Assembly: GCA_007131245.1 (NCBI GenBank)
Contig: SLQX01000021.1
Span: 1 to 59,680, forward strand
Reading direction: 5' to 3'
DNA from: Bacteroidales bacterium
GTDB lineage: Bacteria > Bacteroidota > Bacteroidia > Bacteroidales > UBA7960
Length of the DNA: 59,680 nucleotides
This document shows, one piece after another, positions 10,974 through 20,731 of the stretch. The position numbers and the translations under genes were made by a program. Each line of letters opens with the position of its first letter. The first letter of the stretch is position 1. Below the pieces are notes generated by a model that ran no database searches, was not told where the DNA came from, and was given only the letters and a program-made list of their open reading frames with translations.

Positions 10974-11738
10974 TTATTTTTCGGGTACTTTAATATCACC
11001 AAGAGGATAAAAGGGAAACATGTTTTCTTCCATCCATTCATTGGATTGAACAGGTGTCATCTTCCAGTTTGAAGGACAGTTAGACACTATTTCCACAAAA
11101 CAAGTTCCTTTGTTATGTTTCTGATATTCCATGGCTTTTTTAATGGCTCTCTTGGCTTTTCTCACATTGGCAGGTTTATGAACCGCCTGTCGTGTCGCAA
11201 AGTAAGTACCTGGCAGTTGAGCCACCAATTCTGTAATCTTCAGGGGGCTACCCATACTCTTTACATCTCTTCCGAAGGGTGATGTTGAGCTTTTCATCCC
11301 TTCAAGTGTGGTGGGAGCCATTTGTCCGCCGGTCATACCATAAATACCATTATTGATAAAAACAACCAGAATGTTTTCACCTCTGTTACAGGCATGGATG
11401 GTTTCTGCCGTACCAATGGCAGCAAGGTCACCATCACCCTGATAGGTAAAAACATATTTTTCGGGAAACACCCTTTTTATACCGGTGGCAACGGCAGGAG
11501 CACGCCCGTGTGCAGCTTCCTGCATGTCCACATTGAAATAATAATAGGCTAATACAGAACAACCTACCGGTGCTACACCGATGGTCTGATCCTGGATTTG
11601 TAATTCGTCGATTACCTCTGCTAAGATGCGATGTGCCGTTCCGTGGCCACAGCCCGGGCAATAATGCAATACCCGGTCGGTCATTGCATCGGTTTTCTTA
11701 TATACTAAGTTTTCCGGATTTACAAGATTTTCTGACAT
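10974..11738 (-). CDS. 2-oxoacid:ferredoxin oxidoreductase, beta (TPP-binding) subunit
   Basis: 254 aa with YCPGCGHG and GDGDLAAIG TPP-binding motifs. Confidence 0.9.
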   Translation of the reverse strand: MSENLVNPENLVYKKTDAMTDRVLHYCPGCGHGTAHRILAEVIDELQIQDQTIGVAPVGCSVLAYYYFNVDMQEAAHGRAPAVATGIKRVFPEKYVFTYQGDGDLAAIGTAETIHACNRGENILVVFINNGIYGMTGGQMAPTTLEGMKSSTSPFGRDVKSMGSPLKITELVAQLPGTYFATRQAVHKPANVRKAKRAIKKAMEYQKHNKGTCFVEIVSNCPSNWKMTPVQSNEWMEENMFPFYPLGDIKVPEK

Positions 11739-11741
11739 ATG

Positions 11742-12809
11742 TTATCCTCCAATAATTTTTTGTTCTAAAGCATTAAGAATTTCTTCGGGACTGGGAATCA
11801 TACCCCCAAAACGGCCGAAATATTCTACTTTGGTTTTGCCACAAACCGAAAGCTTAACATCTTCTACCATTTGCCCGGCATTCATTTCAACCGTAAGAAT
11901 CCCTTTGACCTGCTCAGCCATTTTGTTAAACTCCTCCGTGGGGAATGGATACAATGTTTGGGGTCTGAGCATGCCTACTTTATACCCTTTAGCCCTGGCC
12001 ATTTCCATGGCTTTGCGGGTAATCCTTGCGCATGAACCAAATGCGGTAAGTAAATATTCTGCATCATCGCATTGTACCTTTTCAAATCTTACTTCATTTT
12101 TTTCAACTTCCCGGTATTTTTTCTGAAGTCGCAGGTTTACTTTTTCCTGTTCTTCAGCCTGAAGTTGCAAAGAAGTAACAAATGTGGCGGGTTTGTCTTT
12201 TTTCTTACCAATGGTGGCCCATTCGTAGTCCGGCTCTACTCTTTTTTGCTGTTCGAACAGTTCTACTTTCTCCATCATTTGGCCAATGATACCGTCGGAT
12301 TGAATCATAACAGGATTGCGGTATTTGAATGCCAGATCAAAAGCCAGGCGCATATAATCTACACTTTCCTGTACACTTGATGGTGCCAGAACAATGAGTT
12401 TGTAGTCTCCATGACCACCGCCTTTAACAGACTGGAAATAATCCGACTGGGAAGGCTGAATCGTTCCAAGACCAGGGCCTCCCCTTACAACGTTTACAAC
12501 CACACAGGGGAGCTCTGCTCCTGCAATGTATGAAAGTCCTTCCTGCTTTAGGCTTATACCAGGACTTGAAGAAGAGGTGACAGCTTTTTTCCCGCAACCA
12601 GCAGCTCCATAAACCATATTGATGGCAGCAACTTCACTCTCTGCCTGTAGCACAACCATACCTGTACGATCTTCAGGTTTGTTAGCCATTAAATATTCGA
12701 TTACTTCCGATTGGGGGGTTATGGGATAACCAAAATAGGCATCAGCACCAGCCCTGATTGCTGCCTCTGCAAGTGCTTCATTGCCTTTCATTAATCTTAA
12801 TTCTTTCAT
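11742..12809 (-). CDS. 2-oxoacid:ferredoxin oxidoreductase, alpha subunit (KorA/VorB type)
   Basis: 355 aa with MKGNEALAEAAIRAGADAYFGYPITPQSE, a typical N-terminus. Confidence 0.9.
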   Translation of the reverse strand: MKELRLMKGNEALAEAAIRAGADAYFGYPITPQSEVIEYLMANKPEDRTGMVVLQAESEVAAINMVYGAAGCGKKAVTSSSSPGISLKQEGLSYIAGAELPCVVVNVVRGGPGLGTIQPSQSDYFQSVKGGGHGDYKLIVLAPSSVQESVDYMRLAFDLAFKYRNPVMIQSDGIIGQMMEKVELFEQQKRVEPDYEWATIGKKKDKPATFVTSLQLQAEEQEKVNLRLQKKYREVEKNEVRFEKVQCDDAEYLLTAFGSCARITRKAMEMARAKGYKVGMLRPQTLYPFPTEEFNKMAEQVKGILTVEMNAGQMVEDVKLSVCGKTKVEYFGRFGGMIPSPEEILNALEQKIIGG

Positions 12810-12851
12810 TGTTATAAGTTATTTAAATAACTAACTCCAGTTGAATATTTT

Positions 12852-13067
12852 TTATTTTTCCCTGTATACGGTGATTACAGCATCGGGGCATACAATGGCA
12901 CAATTGGCACAACCGGTGCAACCCGAATTTACTTTTACGGCATAATGATAGCCTTTACTGTTAACCTCTGAGGACAGGGAAAGGACCTCATGAGGGCAGG
13001 CTGAAATACATACTTCACAGCCCTTACATTTTTCTATGTCGATGACAACATCTCCACGTTTTGCCAT
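12852..13067 (-). CDS. 4Fe-4S dicluster ferredoxin-type delta subunit
   Basis: 71 aa with two CxxCxxCxxxCP motifs (CKGCEVCISACP and CTGCANCAIVCP). Confidence 0.85.
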   Translation of the reverse strand: MAKRGDVVIDIEKCKGCEVCISACPHEVLSLSSEVNSKGYHYAVKVNSGCTGCANCAIVCPDAVITVYREK

Positions 13068-13491
13068 GTTATTATATTATTTTTAGGGTGATAATAAATT
13101 AAGGTTATTGAGTAGTTTTCCTCTCGCAGGCAAATCTATAATTATTTATCCATATGGCTGAAATAATTCTAAAATATTTTTGACCCTGGCTTTTATTCAC
13201 ATAACAGTCAATCGGGTACACAAAAACTTACATGACAATAAAATAAATGTGAATAACATTTTTTAAGACTGCTATTTTTATTAAATCTTAATAAATGTCG
13301 TTGGAGTTCGTTTTCATATGGATGCGGGTTTGTGCTATGCCGGAATCATCCTTCTTAAGGATGTAGTCTTCTAAATCTCTACCAATCAAAATAAAAGAGT
13401 TTCCAAATAAAAATATTACAACTTTAACGCAAATCATGACCTGATAACATGTAAATTTGCAAAATCTATCTATCGCATAATCATAAAAGTT

Positions 13492-14142
13492 ATGACCCGG
13501 TACAAACTGCCTGCTAAGATTTTATTATTGTATGTTCCTGCTTTTACGGTACTCATAATTGCAGCATGCAATGTTATTATCGTAATGTCAACCAGGAACC
13601 AATTGTACCATGAGGTGAAAGATATACCGGCCCAAAAAACAGCTATTGTATTGGGTACCAGCAGTAAGCTGCGGGGAGGAACCCCCAATCCCTATTTTCA
13701 CTACCGCATAAGTGCAGCTGCCCAACTATACCATAAGGGGAAGATAGACTATCTCATACTAAGCGGAGACAACCGGACCCGGTACTACAATGAGCCCCTG
13801 CAGATGCGAAAAGAAATGCTCAAATACAACGTCCCTGATAGTGTTTTATACCTGGACTATGCGGGTTTGCGTACCCTGGACTCTATGATAAGGAGTAATA
13901 AAGTGTTTGGCCAGGATAGCATCATTGTGGTGTCTCAGAAGTTTCATAATCAACGTGCCATTTTTATAGCAAATATTCACGGAATACACGCCACAGGATT
14001 TAACGCCACCAATGTAGATAACAGGCAAGGTATACGCACCCAGTTCAGGGAGGTTTTTGCACGGGTCAAAGTTTTTATCGACATCATTACCCGTAAACAG
14101 CCCAGGCATTTGGGAGATTCAATAACCATTGGTCAAGAATAA
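13492..14142 (+). CDS. sanA: SanA/YdcF (DUF218) family membrane-anchored protein
   Basis: 216 aa. N-terminal TM, then AIVLGTS...GTPNPYFHYRISAAAQLYHKGKIDYLILSGDN, typical of SanA. Confidence 0.75.
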   Translation: MTRYKLPAKILLLYVPAFTVLIIAACNVIIVMSTRNQLYHEVKDIPAQKTAIVLGTSSKLRGGTPNPYFHYRISAAAQLYHKGKIDYLILSGDNRTRYYNEPLQMRKEMLKYNVPDSVLYLDYAGLRTLDSMIRSNKVFGQDSIIVVSQKFHNQRAIFIANIHGIHATGFNATNVDNRQGIRTQFREVFARVKVFIDIITRKQPRHLGDSITIGQE

Positions 14143-14389
14143 AACTCCCCCCTTAACAGCTACAAGCCTCCCTCCTTCAAAATTACCCCCAATTTGTATT
14201 AAGTAATAAAATAATGCCGGCCAGGATTAAAGGGATATAATCCGGGAAACATTAATGCCTGCATTTTTCACACGAATTATCACTCTACACCAGGGTTATA
14301 TATTTCTTACAAAAGCGATCATCAAATTATTTTTATTTTTGTGACCTGCCAAACCCCTTATTTATTAACCCTACAAACTAATTTATTTT

Positions 14390-14569
14390 ATGGACACAAA
14401 AGAAAAGATCATCCAGGCATTTAAAGATGCAGGAAAGCCATTACGCACAGGAGAAGCAGCCGAAATGGCAGGACTTGAAAAGAAAGATGCTGAAAAAGCT
14501 ATTAAGAAACTCAAAGAGGATGGCACCCTTTTTTCACCCAAAAGATGCTATTACGACATTCAGAAATAA
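14390..14569 (+). CDS. Small (59 aa) winged-helix DNA-binding protein, below the ORF-track cutoff
   Basis: The ATG..TAA frame translates to MDTKEKIIQAFKDAGKPLRTGEAAEMAGLEKKDAEKAIKKLKEDGTLFSPKRCYYDIQK. This shows a helix-turn-helix-wing pattern with the characteristic SPKRCYY C-terminus. A TAnnTTTG-like box (TATTTTTG) lies ~50 nt upstream. Confidence 0.55.
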   Translation: MDTKEKIIQAFKDAGKPLRTGEAAEMAGLEKKDAEKAIKKLKEDGTLFSPKRCYYDIQK

Positions 14570-14580
14570 CCGGGCTTCAA

Positions 14581-15363
14581 TCAGAAAGTAGCTATAGCTT
14601 TACGCTTTAGCTTTTTTCCCGGCCGGCGAGCCAATGGAATTTGCTCTCCGAGTAAATCCCTGATGACCACCGAGGCCAAAGTACAGCCAAAAACAGCAGG
14701 CATGTAACTAACTGTACCTACGGTGGTTTTTTTATTGGTTTCATTTTCCAGGTGTAATAAAGCGTTTTCGTTGGTTGGCTCAGTAGAAAAAACGACCTTA
14801 AAACCTTCACGCACACCATATTTCTTAAGCCTTTTGCGAATATTGAGCGCAAGCTTGCATTGATAGGATTCTGAAAAATCCCCCACCTTTACCTGCAATG
14901 GATCAATTCGCCCCCCGGCACCCATGCTGCTTACCAAAGGTAACTGGTTCATCAGTGCATGATTTATCAGAAATATTTTGGGTGAAATGGTATCGATAGC
15001 GTCAACCACATAGCTGTAGGGGTAATCCAGCAGCTCATCCATGCAATCATCTGTGATAAACTTGTCAACAACCGTCAGTTTAAGATTGGGATTAATATCC
15101 AACAGGCGCTTTTTCATCAACCAGGTTTTCTTTTCCCCTTCAGTGCTTGCCATAGCAATAAGCTGCCTGTTTCGGTTGGAGGGGGTAATGGTATCGGTAT
15201 CTACAATGGTCATCTGCCCGATTCCTGCACGGCAAAGCATTTCTGCAGCCACCCCTCCTACTCCTCCAAGTCCGCAAACCAAAACATGCGAACTGTTTAG
15301 TATTTGTATCTTTTTCTCATCAAACAACAAAAGGGTACGTTCCTGCCAATTTGCCGATTCCAT
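14581..15363 (-). CDS. tcdA: tRNA threonylcarbamoyladenosine dehydratase (ThiF/E1-like)
   Basis: 260 aa with the GLGGVGGVAAEML nucleotide-binding loop and D-x-D, and TcdA/CsdL-like length. Confidence 0.85.
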   Translation of the reverse strand: MESANWQERTLLLFDEKKIQILNSSHVLVCGLGGVGGVAAEMLCRAGIGQMTIVDTDTITPSNRNRQLIAMASTEGEKKTWLMKKRLLDINPNLKLTVVDKFITDDCMDELLDYPYSYVVDAIDTISPKIFLINHALMNQLPLVSSMGAGGRIDPLQVKVGDFSESYQCKLALNIRKRLKKYGVREGFKVVFSTEPTNENALLHLENETNKKTTVGTVSYMPAVFGCTLASVVIRDLLGEQIPLARRPGKKLKRKAIATF

Positions 15364-15504
15364 AGTGCGTATCTTTTAGTGATTAAACAAACGGACAAAT
15401 ATCTACAAATCTTAGGGTTCTGTTTTCCTAAAGCATAGCCTTCTCTTTAATAAGAAATGCCTAATTTTATACTTTTAAAACTGCGGCAAAAATACATTCA
15501 TTTT

Positions 15505-16956
15505 ATGCGAAAAGAAAAAGACTTTTTAGGAGAGGTTAATATTCCCAGGGACGCATTGTATGGAATTCATGCTTTCAGGGCATCTCAAAATTTCAGGAAC
15601 AATAGTGTTTTTTCCAATGAATGGTACAAAGCTGTTGGGATGGCAAAGCAGGCCTGTTACCAAACTGCCCTTGGCTTTATAAAAGCTGCAGCAAAAAAAT
15701 ACCCTCATAAGCCACTTCCCCGAGGGTGTGAGGATCCCACCCTTTTCGAAATCCTTGAGGAAACAGCAGAAGAAGTAGCACAGGGGAAATATGCAGAACA
15801 AATTATTGTGCCGGCCATACAGGGAGGTGCAGGCACAGCACTAAATATGAATATCAACGAGATTATTGCCAATGCCAGCCTCATAAAAATGGGCAAAAGG
15901 CCGGGCGATTACCACATTATCGACCCTATTATCCATGCCAATATTTTTCAATCGACCAACGATGTGATACCCACCGGGCTGAAAGTGGCTATCATAAAAC
16001 AACTCACCCAGCTGGAAACCAGCATAAATCATCTCCGGACCACTTTCGAAAGACAGGAAAATGCCGGACGAAGTGCTCTTCGGTTGGCATACACCCAAAT
16101 GCAACAAGCTGTTCCCTCCTCCTATGGAATGCTTTTCAGTGCTTATTCGGATGCTCTTTCCCGTGACTGGTGGAGGATATCAAAATGTTTTGAACGAATC
16201 AAGGTAACCAACCTGGGGGGAGGCGCCACAGGCACAGCCATGGCTATCCCAAGGTATTTTGTGATGGAAGTAACCGGCCGGTTGCGTAACCTTGCTCATG
16301 TTCCTGTAACCAGAAGCGAAAATCACACAGACACGACACAAAACCTGGATGGTTTTGTTGAAATACATGCCATCATCAAAGCCCACGCTGTCAATCTGGA
16401 AAAGATAGCATCTGACCTACGTTTGCTGGGATCAGACATCATGGGAGATGGCGAACTTCGCCTACCTCAAAAGCAAACTGGTAGCAGTATGATGCCCGGT
16501 AAGGTAAACCCGGTTATTAATGAATTTGTCATTGGCAGTTGCCACAAAGTTTATGCAAATGACATGCTAATCAGCAATTTATGCGGCCAGGGATGCCTCG
16601 AACTCAATGCATATCTACCCATAATTGGCCATGCCCTGCTCGAAAGCCTCCACTTGCTTATCAGTTGCAATCAATCCATGGAGCAGCATATGGTCAGAGA
16701 GCTGGAAATAAAAAAGGATACAGCCTGGAAAAAGCTCATGAATAGTCCGGCAATTACCACCGCCCTTTTACCGGCCCTTGGATATGATAAGGCTGCTGAA
16801 TTGGCAGGCATCATGAAAAAAGAAAAATTAGATATCATACAGGCCAATGATAAGTTAAAGCTATTAAAACCTTCAGACCTGAAGAAAATCCTGCTTCCTG
16901 ATAATTTGCTTAAACTGGGTTATTCCCTGACTGATATACCTGAGAGGAATTCGTAA
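15505..16956 (+). CDS. Aspartate ammonia-lyase / class II fumarase superfamily (lyase 1) protein
   Basis: Contains the GSSMMPGKVNPV signature loop. The N-terminus MRKEKDFLGEVNIPRDALYGIHAFRASQNF is aspartase-like. I prefer ATG at 15505 to the upstream start. Confidence 0.8.
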   Translation: MRKEKDFLGEVNIPRDALYGIHAFRASQNFRNNSVFSNEWYKAVGMAKQACYQTALGFIKAAAKKYPHKPLPRGCEDPTLFEILEETAEEVAQGKYAEQIIVPAIQGGAGTALNMNINEIIANASLIKMGKRPGDYHIIDPIIHANIFQSTNDVIPTGLKVAIIKQLTQLETSINHLRTTFERQENAGRSALRLAYTQMQQAVPSSYGMLFSAYSDALSRDWWRISKCFERIKVTNLGGGATGTAMAIPRYFVMEVTGRLRNLAHVPVTRSENHTDTTQNLDGFVEIHAIIKAHAVNLEKIASDLRLLGSDIMGDGELRLPQKQTGSSMMPGKVNPVINEFVIGSCHKVYANDMLISNLCGQGCLELNAYLPIIGHALLESLHLLISCNQSMEQHMVRELEIKKDTAWKKLMNSPAITTALLPALGYDKAAELAGIMKKEKLDIIQANDKLKLLKPSDLKKILLPDNLLKLGYSLTDIPERNS

Positions 16957-17078
16957 GCGTTAGATATAAAAGTGGATTAAAGATTGAATTTCTGAAAATA
17001 CGCCCCCTTTTATTCACCAAATCAATAGTTGTATCTCTGGACTTTATTGTAAAACGAACAAACAATACCTACACAGAA

Positions 17079-18311
17079 ATGACCAAAGGAAAAGAAAGTA
17101 AACCCCATATTGGAATTTTTGGCCGCAGAAACAACGGTAAAAGTTCATTTATCAATGCCATTGCCGGTCAGGAAATAGCCATTGTGTCGGATGTGGCCGG
17201 GACAACCACCGATCCGGTGAAGAAATCCATGGAGATTTCAGGGATTGGGCCGGTTGTATTGGTGGATACCGCCGGCCTCGATGATCGGGGAGACCTGGGG
17301 CAAAAACGGATGGCCAAATCCATGGCCACTCTCAAAACCGTCGACCTGGCCATACTCATCATTACCAATAACGCCTTTGGCTCTTTTGAACAAAAACTTG
17401 TACAAGATTTCCAGGAACATGAGCTACCCTTCATTATCGTACACAACAAAGCTGACCTACAGCCACTGAGCGAACAAACAAAACAAAACCTTGAGCAACA
17501 GTATGAAAGCGCACCCCTGATTGATTTCTCCTCCCTGGCTCCTGTCAACAAGGAGGCTCTTATTGATGCCATGCGGCGCACCATCCCTCCATCTGCCTGG
17601 AAAGCAACCAGTCTGCTGGGCGATTTACTATCCTATGGAGACCTGGTCCTACTTATCACCCCCATTGATATTGAAGCCCCCGAGGGGAGGCTCATTCTGC
17701 CCCAGGTACAAGCCATTCGCGACATCCTTGACAATGATTGTGTATGTGTGGTGGCCAAAGAACGCGAAGTTGACTCCCTGCTCAAAGTGCTCAACCCCAA
17801 GCCAGCACTAGTAGTAACTGACAGCCAGGTGTTTCTCAAGGCCGATGCATCGGTACCTCCCGATATACCCCTTACAAGTTTCAGTATTATGCTGGCAAGG
17901 CACAAGGGCGATTTTGAAAATTACGTAAAAGGTACTCCTCAAATATCCCAGTTAAAGGATAATGATAAGGTACTCCTGCTGGAAAGCTGCACCCACCATG
18001 TAGCCTGTGATGACATTGGCAGGGTTAAAATACCGCGATGGATGAGCCATTTTACCGGTAAAAAACTGGAGTTTGAAGTTGTGGCAGGACTTAATGATTT
18101 ACCCAGGCCCATTGAAGAATATGCACTGGTTGTCCAGTGTGGTGGCTGTGTAATTACCCCCAGACAAATAAAAGGTCGACTGAAGCCTGCCATTGACAAA
18201 CAAATACCCGTTACCAATTATGGTATGGCTATAGCATGGATGCATGGGATATTTAAAAGAGCAGTGGCTCCTTTCCTGGAAATTGATGTACAAACAGAGG
18301 ATTATTTGTAA
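17079..18311 (+). CDS. hydF: [FeFe]-hydrogenase H-cluster maturation GTPase HydF
   Basis: 410 aa. P-loop GRRNNGKSSFINAI, DTAG, NKAD, and C-terminal cluster motifs CTHH...QCGGC. Confidence 0.9.
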   Translation: MTKGKESKPHIGIFGRRNNGKSSFINAIAGQEIAIVSDVAGTTTDPVKKSMEISGIGPVVLVDTAGLDDRGDLGQKRMAKSMATLKTVDLAILIITNNAFGSFEQKLVQDFQEHELPFIIVHNKADLQPLSEQTKQNLEQQYESAPLIDFSSLAPVNKEALIDAMRRTIPPSAWKATSLLGDLLSYGDLVLLITPIDIEAPEGRLILPQVQAIRDILDNDCVCVVAKEREVDSLLKVLNPKPALVVTDSQVFLKADASVPPDIPLTSFSIMLARHKGDFENYVKGTPQISQLKDNDKVLLLESCTHHVACDDIGRVKIPRWMSHFTGKKLEFEVVAGLNDLPRPIEEYALVVQCGGCVITPRQIKGRLKPAIDKQIPVTNYGMAIAWMHGIFKRAVAPFLEIDVQTEDYL

Positions 18312-18344
18312 TTTCGCACAACAATACTTAAATCCTGTTTTATA

Positions 18345-19448
18345 ATGGAAAAACCCATCGAAAAAATACTAGCCCAGAAAGAATTCAGCAAAGCCGACCT
18401 TATAACCCTGCTCAATGCCAATGAACAAGAAAGACAGTTGATATTTGCCAAAGCAGAGCAGGTAAAAAAAGAGTATGTAGGCAATAAAGTATATTACCGG
18501 GGGCTAATTGAGTTTTCCAATTTATGCGGCAAAAATTGTTTCTATTGTGGCATACGGGCAGGCAATAAAAATGCACACCGTTATGAGGTAGACGAAGAAG
18601 AAATACTGCAGGCAGCTAAATACGCCTATGACAATAATTTTGGCAGCCTTGTAATTCAAGCGGGCGAACGCAGTGATAAAAGCTTTGTGAGACGCATTTC
18701 TGAAATTGTCAGAAAAATAAAAAAGATGAGTAACGGTGAGCTGGGCATCACGCTTTCTTTGGGGGAGCAAAGCGAAGACACTTTCAGGCAATGGTTTAAT
18801 GACGGAGCCCACAGATACTTATTAAGAATTGAGGTTTCCAATCCCGAACTTTACCCCACCTACCACCCTGCAGATGACAGGCATGATTATTTTAAGCGAA
18901 TAGAATCCCTGCACTTATTGCGAAAAGTAGGTTACCAGGTAGGAAGCGGTGTAATGGTAGGCCTTCCTTTTCAAACCACCAGTGATTTGGCCGACGACCT
19001 GATTTTCTTACGGGATTTTGACATCGACATGGTGGGTATGGGCCCTTACCTAGAGCACGAAGACACCCCCATGTACAAATATAAAGACCAACTCCTGCCA
19101 CGCATGGAGCGTTTTTACCTTAGCCTGAAAATGGTGGCTGTATTACGTATTATGATGAAAGACATCAATATTGCTGCCACCACCGCCATGCAAGCTATCG
19201 ATCCCATGGGACGGGAAAAAGCACTGAAAGTTGGAGCCAATATCATCATGCCAAACCTGACGCCCACCAAGTATCGTGAAGATTACCTTTTGTACGAAGA
19301 TAAGCCCTGCACCGATGAGGATGCCGAAGAGTGTAAGCGATGCCTGGAGGCAAGGATTTACATGGCCGGTGATAAGATTGGCTATGGAGAGTGGGGCGAC
19401 TCAAAACATTTTAAAAGAAGAAAAGAACAAAACAAAGAAAAGCAATAA
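18345..19448 (+). CDS. hydE: [FeFe]-hydrogenase radical-SAM maturase HydE
   Basis: 367 aa with the CGKNCFYCGIRAGN radical-SAM CX3CX2C motif. It lies immediately downstream of hydF and has a biotin-synthase-like fold and length. Confidence 0.9.
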   Translation: MEKPIEKILAQKEFSKADLITLLNANEQERQLIFAKAEQVKKEYVGNKVYYRGLIEFSNLCGKNCFYCGIRAGNKNAHRYEVDEEEILQAAKYAYDNNFGSLVIQAGERSDKSFVRRISEIVRKIKKMSNGELGITLSLGEQSEDTFRQWFNDGAHRYLLRIEVSNPELYPTYHPADDRHDYFKRIESLHLLRKVGYQVGSGVMVGLPFQTTSDLADDLIFLRDFDIDMVGMGPYLEHEDTPMYKYKDQLLPRMERFYLSLKMVAVLRIMMKDINIAATTAMQAIDPMGREKALKVGANIIMPNLTPTKYREDYLLYEDKPCTDEDAEECKRCLEARIYMAGDKIGYGEWGDSKHFKRRKEQNKEKQ

Positions 19449-19515
19449 ATTCCAGAACCTCCCCTGGAGAATCTTTGTATTCAAACAAAATTTGTTTTAA
19501 AAAACCACATTTTAT

Positions 19516-20388
19516 ATGCAAGGACCTGTTAAAAAAATTGCTGCTGTACATGACATTTCGGGTATTGGCCGGGTATCGCTTACTTCTGTTATCCCTATTC
19601 TTTCCTCCATGGGGGTACAAGTTTGTCCATTGCCTACAGCCGTACTGTCCTCCCATACCCAATACCCCGATTTCTACAAGGTAGACCTCACTCAACATCT
19701 GCACCCATTCATTGAACACTGGAAAGAACTTCAGCTTAAGTTTGATGCCATATACAGTGGCTACCTGGCTTCGGCAGCCCAGGTTGAAATAGTAGAACAC
19801 CTCATTGATACTTTTCACACCCCAGATATGCTGGTAGTCATTGATCCGGTAATGGGCGATAATGGTAAAAGGTATGCATCACTGGGTTTAGATTTGGTGA
19901 AAGAAATGCAGAAACTCATCACACGGGCGGATGTAGTTACCCCAAACCTTACTGAGGCCGCCTTGCTTCTGGAGCAGCCATACTCAGCCCATAACGACCT
20001 GGCCACCATTAAAAAATGGCTTGTGGAACTAACCCAAAAAGGTCCTTCCACAGCTATCATTACAGGTATCCCTGAAACTCCTGACAATAAAATCACATCT
20101 GTGGTTGCCTACGAAAGTAAAACTGACCGTTTTTGGAAGGTCTCCTGCCATTATTTACCAGCAAACTACCCTGGCACCGGTGATTCGTTTACCAGTATGC
20201 TTACAGGAGCACTCATGCAAGGCGATAGCTTGCCTATTGCACTAGACCGGGCCGTGCAATTCATTTCCCAGGGTGTGCGCGCCACTTTCGGACACACATA
20301 TGATACGCGGGAAGGTATTTTACTGGAAAGAATCCTTAAAAACGTGGATAACCCGGTAGCTATGGGAACTTACGAACTACTGGACTGA
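19516..20388 (+). CDS. pdxK: Pyridoxal/pyridoxamine kinase (ribokinase superfamily)
   Basis: 290 aa with IAAVHDISGIGRVSLTSVIPILSSMGVQVCPLPTAVLSSHT and DPVMGDNG, GTGDSF motifs. Confidence 0.8.
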   Translation: MQGPVKKIAAVHDISGIGRVSLTSVIPILSSMGVQVCPLPTAVLSSHTQYPDFYKVDLTQHLHPFIEHWKELQLKFDAIYSGYLASAAQVEIVEHLIDTFHTPDMLVVIDPVMGDNGKRYASLGLDLVKEMQKLITRADVVTPNLTEAALLLEQPYSAHNDLATIKKWLVELTQKGPSTAIITGIPETPDNKITSVVAYESKTDRFWKVSCHYLPANYPGTGDSFTSMLTGALMQGDSLPIALDRAVQFISQGVRATFGHTYDTREGILLERILKNVDNPVAMGTYELLD

Positions 20389-20583
20389 AAATCTTTTCAG
20401 CTATCCTCTTTAGTTCCCGAATTACCTTAGCCAGGCTTTGTTTAATCTTTAAGTCTAAGCCTTCTGCTTATCAAAAACACGCCATAACGCTCAATATCAA
20501 CAACATATAACCCATCAACCAATCATACCCATAAATTTTTCGAAATTTTATCCGTTTTAAATAACCGTATAGATTATTTTTTC

Positions 20584-20591
20584 TATATTTG
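20584..20591 (+). promoter_or_regulatory. Candidate Bacteroidota -7 promoter box (TAnnTTTG) for the met leader
   Basis: TATATTTG lies ~35 nt upstream of riboswitch helix P1. I saw no clear -33 TTTG. Confidence 0.3.
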
Positions 20592-20625
20592 CACCGCTGT
20601 TGCAGCAAAACTTCTTTGATAAGAC

Positions 20626-20731
20626 TGTTTATAAAGAAGAGTGGAGAGAACAGGCTCTATGAAACTCTGGCAACCCACCCTCCCGGGGGAAGGTGCCACA
20701 ACCTGCCTTAAATAAAAAGGAGCTATAAACG
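20626..20731 (+). promoter_or_regulatory. SAM-I (S-box) riboswitch
   Basis: The P1 helix is GTTTATA (20627-20633) paired with TATAAAC (20724-20730). It encloses AGAGTGGAGAGAACAGGCTCTATGAAACTCTGGCAACC...AAGGTGCCACAACCTGCC, which matches the S-box core (GAG.GG.GAGGGA...GGC.C.ATGAAAC.C.GGCAACC...GGTGCCAA.TCC). It sits upstream of the methionine genes. Confidence 0.8.
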
